From Octopus sinensis (taxonomy: Eukaryota), in assembly GCF_006345805.1 (NCBI RefSeq), contig NW_021832328.1:1-31277 (forward strand): 31,277 nucleotides of DNA, read 5' to 3'. This document shows positions 28,368-31,277 of the stretch, piece by piece (the stretch's first letter is position 1; each line of letters begins with the position of its first letter). The position numbers were made by a program, and so were the translations under genes. The notes beneath the pieces were generated by a model. That model had not been told where the DNA came from and did no database searches. It saw nothing but the letters and a program-made list of their open reading frames with translations.

Positions 28368-29430
28368 AAAATCGTTAGCACGCCGGACGAAATACTTAGC
28401 AGCATATCGTTCATTTTTACATTTTGAGTTCAGACCGAAGTCGACTTTGCCTTTCATCCTTTCGGAGTCGATGAAATAAGTACTAGTTGGTCACTGGGGT
28501 CGGTGTAATCGACTGGTCCTCTACCTACAAACTTGAGGCCTTGTGCCTAAAGTTGAAACAAGGGATCAAGTTGGCAGAATCGTTAGCAAGGCGGACAGAA
28601 TACATGGTTACATTTCTTCCGACTCTTTACGTTCCGAGTTCAATTCCCGCCGATCCCAGCTTTGCATTTTATCCTTCTACTGTCGATAAATAAGTACCAG
28701 TTACAAGAGACGACTAACCCCCTCCCCCATCCCCAAATTTCAGGCCTTGTGCCTATAGTAGAAAGGGTTATTATAAAGGCGGCAAGCTGGCAGAAACGTT
28801 AGCACGCCGGGCGAAATGCGTCGCCGTATTTCATCTGCCGTTACGTTCTGAGTTCAAATTCCGTCGAAGTTGACTTTGTCTTTCATCCTTTCGGAGTCAA
28901 TAAATTAAGTACCAGTTACGCATTGGGGTTGATGTAATCGACTTATTCCGTTTTTCTGTCCTTGTTTGTCCCCTCTGTGTTTAGCCCCTTGTGGGTTGTA
29001 AAGAAATAGGTATTTCGTCTGCTGTTACGTTCTGAGTTCAAATTCCGTCGAGGTCGACTTTGCCTTTCATCCTTTCGGGTTCGATTAAATAAGTACCAGT
29101 CACGCACTGGGGTCGATGTAATCGACTTAATCCCTTTGTCTGTCTATGTTTGTCCCCTTTGTGTTTAGCCCCTTGTGGGCAATAAAGAAATAAGAATGGG
29201 TGATCGTGAGCTCGCAGAGTTGTTGGCGCATCGGACGAAATGCTTAGCAGCATTTCTTCCGAATCTTTACGTTCTGAGTTCAAATCTCGACGAGGTCAAC
29301 TTAGCCTTCCATCCTTCGGAAATCGATAAAATAAAGTAAGACACAAGTACAAGAATCGATGTAATCAACTGACCCCCTTCCCACCCCACCACCAAATCGC
29401 TGACCTTGTGTCAAAATTAGGAATAATTAT
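28368..29430 (+). mobile_element. Head-to-tail cluster of five SINE type C units
   Basis: Units at ~28368-28560, 28562-28775, 28778-29009, 29010-29193 (head-less) and ~29200-29430, each with the GAGTTC B box and central domain. Confidence 0.9.
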
Positions 29431-29619
29431 GGTTATTATCATTATAATTATTATTTAAAAAGCAAGACGTCAGGCCAGTTGGTCCACTACTGGTCTGTTT
29501 TGTTCTGCTTGTCTTTTCTGTGTTTTTTTTAAAATTCATTTTCTTTTATTTATTTTGCTTACCAATTTTCCGCTCCTGCCGTTCAATGTGCCGCCCTACT
29601 CCGTCTGTATCTGCATAGA

Positions 29620-30240
29620 AACATTTTTTGTTTGTGTGTGCTTTTTGTGTCCTTTCACTCCCCAATTTTAATTTTACCTTCAAGCCTCGGCCTCACCTTA
29701 TTCTTCAATCCCACTTTTTTTTTTTTGCTCCCACCACCTTTTTGTTCTTTCATTTCTATCCCCTCCCCCTTATTCCGATCTCCACCTTCGCCCTCGTTCT
29801 CACTTTCATCCTCCTCCCTTCCCCTTCATCTTTCCGTGGCCAGAACCCCCTACCCATCACCACCGCCACCACTCACGCATGCACACTTCTTCTCTCTCTC
29901 TCTGAGTTTTCCAATGTCTTCCGTTCCTCTTCGCAATCATCACAACAACCGCCGCCGCCAGCACCACCTCCACCACCATCATACCACCACCACCACCACA
30001 ACCACCACTGCCGCCGCCGCCACCACCATCAACACCACAAGCACCATTCACCGCTACCGACCATCATCAACAGCACAGCCATTACCTCTTACCACTACTC
30101 TTAATATACTATCTCATTTTCCTCTTCCTCCTCCTCCTCCTTCTCCTCTTCTTCTTCTTCTTCTTCTTTTCTTCTTCTTCTTCTTCTTCTTCTTCTTCTT
30201 CCTCCTCCTCCTCCTCCTCCTCCTCATTTGCTTGTCTTGG
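29620..30240. repeat. Pyrimidine-rich low complexity with (CCA)n, (CTT)n, (CCT)n
   Basis: Direct inspection. Confidence 0.85.
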
Positions 30241-30339
30241 TACTAGAAAGCTGCCGTGTTGACGGACACAAGTAATATAGGCATAACAATGATAATTTGC
30301 GATTTTGTAGAGTAACAAAAAAAAATAATAAGAGGGAGA

Positions 30340-30362
30340 GTGAGAGAGAGCGAGAAAGAGAG

Positions 30363-30397
<35 letters not shown>

Positions 30398-31041
30398 GCA
30401 CACATACATACAAAGAACAAAAAAAAAACAAAAAAAAACAAAAAGGAAAAGAATGCGTTACGTTTATTTTATTCTCTGGGACGTGTATCCTAATTACATA
30501 CCTGAGGGACATTGTTTCCAGATCTTAGAACAAAACCACCCCCTCACCTCATGTTATCCCCCTTCTATTTATTTATTTATTTATTTATCGTACTATTTCT
30601 ATGTATGTATGTATGTATGTCTGTATGTATTTGTGTATGTATGTATGTATTTGCGTATGTATTTATGTGTGTTCGTATATGCATCTGATAATGTACGTCT
30701 GTTTCTGTTTGTGAATGTGTATGTGTATATGTATTTATACATGTGTGTGTGTGTGAATAAGTAATGCTAGTGTTATTATTTTTTTTTGTTCTTGTTTTTT
30801 CTAGTTTTAATTTTTATTTATTTATTATTGTTTTTTGTATTATTATTATTATCTTTATTTATATATTTACTTTTTTTTTTTGTATTTTCGGTGTTATTGC
30901 CTAAAGCAAATTCGTAATTATTCCATTTCCGAAATAAGTCGCATATGCTGTTTTGTTGGCATCTATTAAATATATGTGTGTGTATGTGTTGTGTGGTTGT
31001 GTGTGTGTGTGTTTATACATACATATATATGTAGGTATATA

Positions 31042-31086
<45 letters not shown>

Positions 31087-31200
31087 AAGTATATATATAT
31101 TTGTTATGTATATATATATACATACATACATATATTTACATGTGTGTGTGTGTACAGAGTTATGTATGTACAGACATGTGTAACACGGACATGTAATAAC

Positions 31201-31233
<33 letters not shown>

Positions 31234-31277
31234 CACACACAATCGCACACATGCACACACATATATATACATATATA
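30340..31277. repeat. (GA)/(CA)/(TATG)/(AT)/(GATA) microsatellite-rich region
   Basis: Direct inspection. Confidence 0.85.

Overview
This is AT-rich, microsatellite-saturated animal genomic DNA, almost certainly a coleoid cephalopod (Octopus), judged from its tRNA-derived SINE families. It reads as intronic or intergenic sequence, and no host gene can be called with confidence. Nearly all ORFs in the supplied track are microsatellite or antisense artefacts. The real coding-derived sequence is retroelement-derived: (1) a 5'-truncated L1/Tx1-clade LINE (19371-22330, minus) with a stop-free ~690-codon RT + zf-RVT frame, inserted inside a (GATA)n tract; (2) an older relative on the plus strand (27452-28357); (3) a 5'-truncated Penelope-like element (RT-EN linker + GIY-YIG) in an (AT)n tract, followed by a minimal type I hammerhead ribozyme; (4) an RTE 3' end. 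About 30 SINE copies fall into at least four structural types, labelled A-D here for convenience. There is also a hAT MITE with a nested SINE, a Helentron/HINE-like element and a 38-bp-arm foldback. The most interesting signal is a local SINE-LINE system. One SINE-C variant shares its last ~44 nt with the Tx1 LINE (33/44 ungapped) and repeatedly forms head-less tandem units starting at the same base, at the loop of its own head hairpin. This suggests a Tx1-mobilised, self-targeting SINE. All boundaries were read by eye and are approximate unless a TSD or TIR is given.
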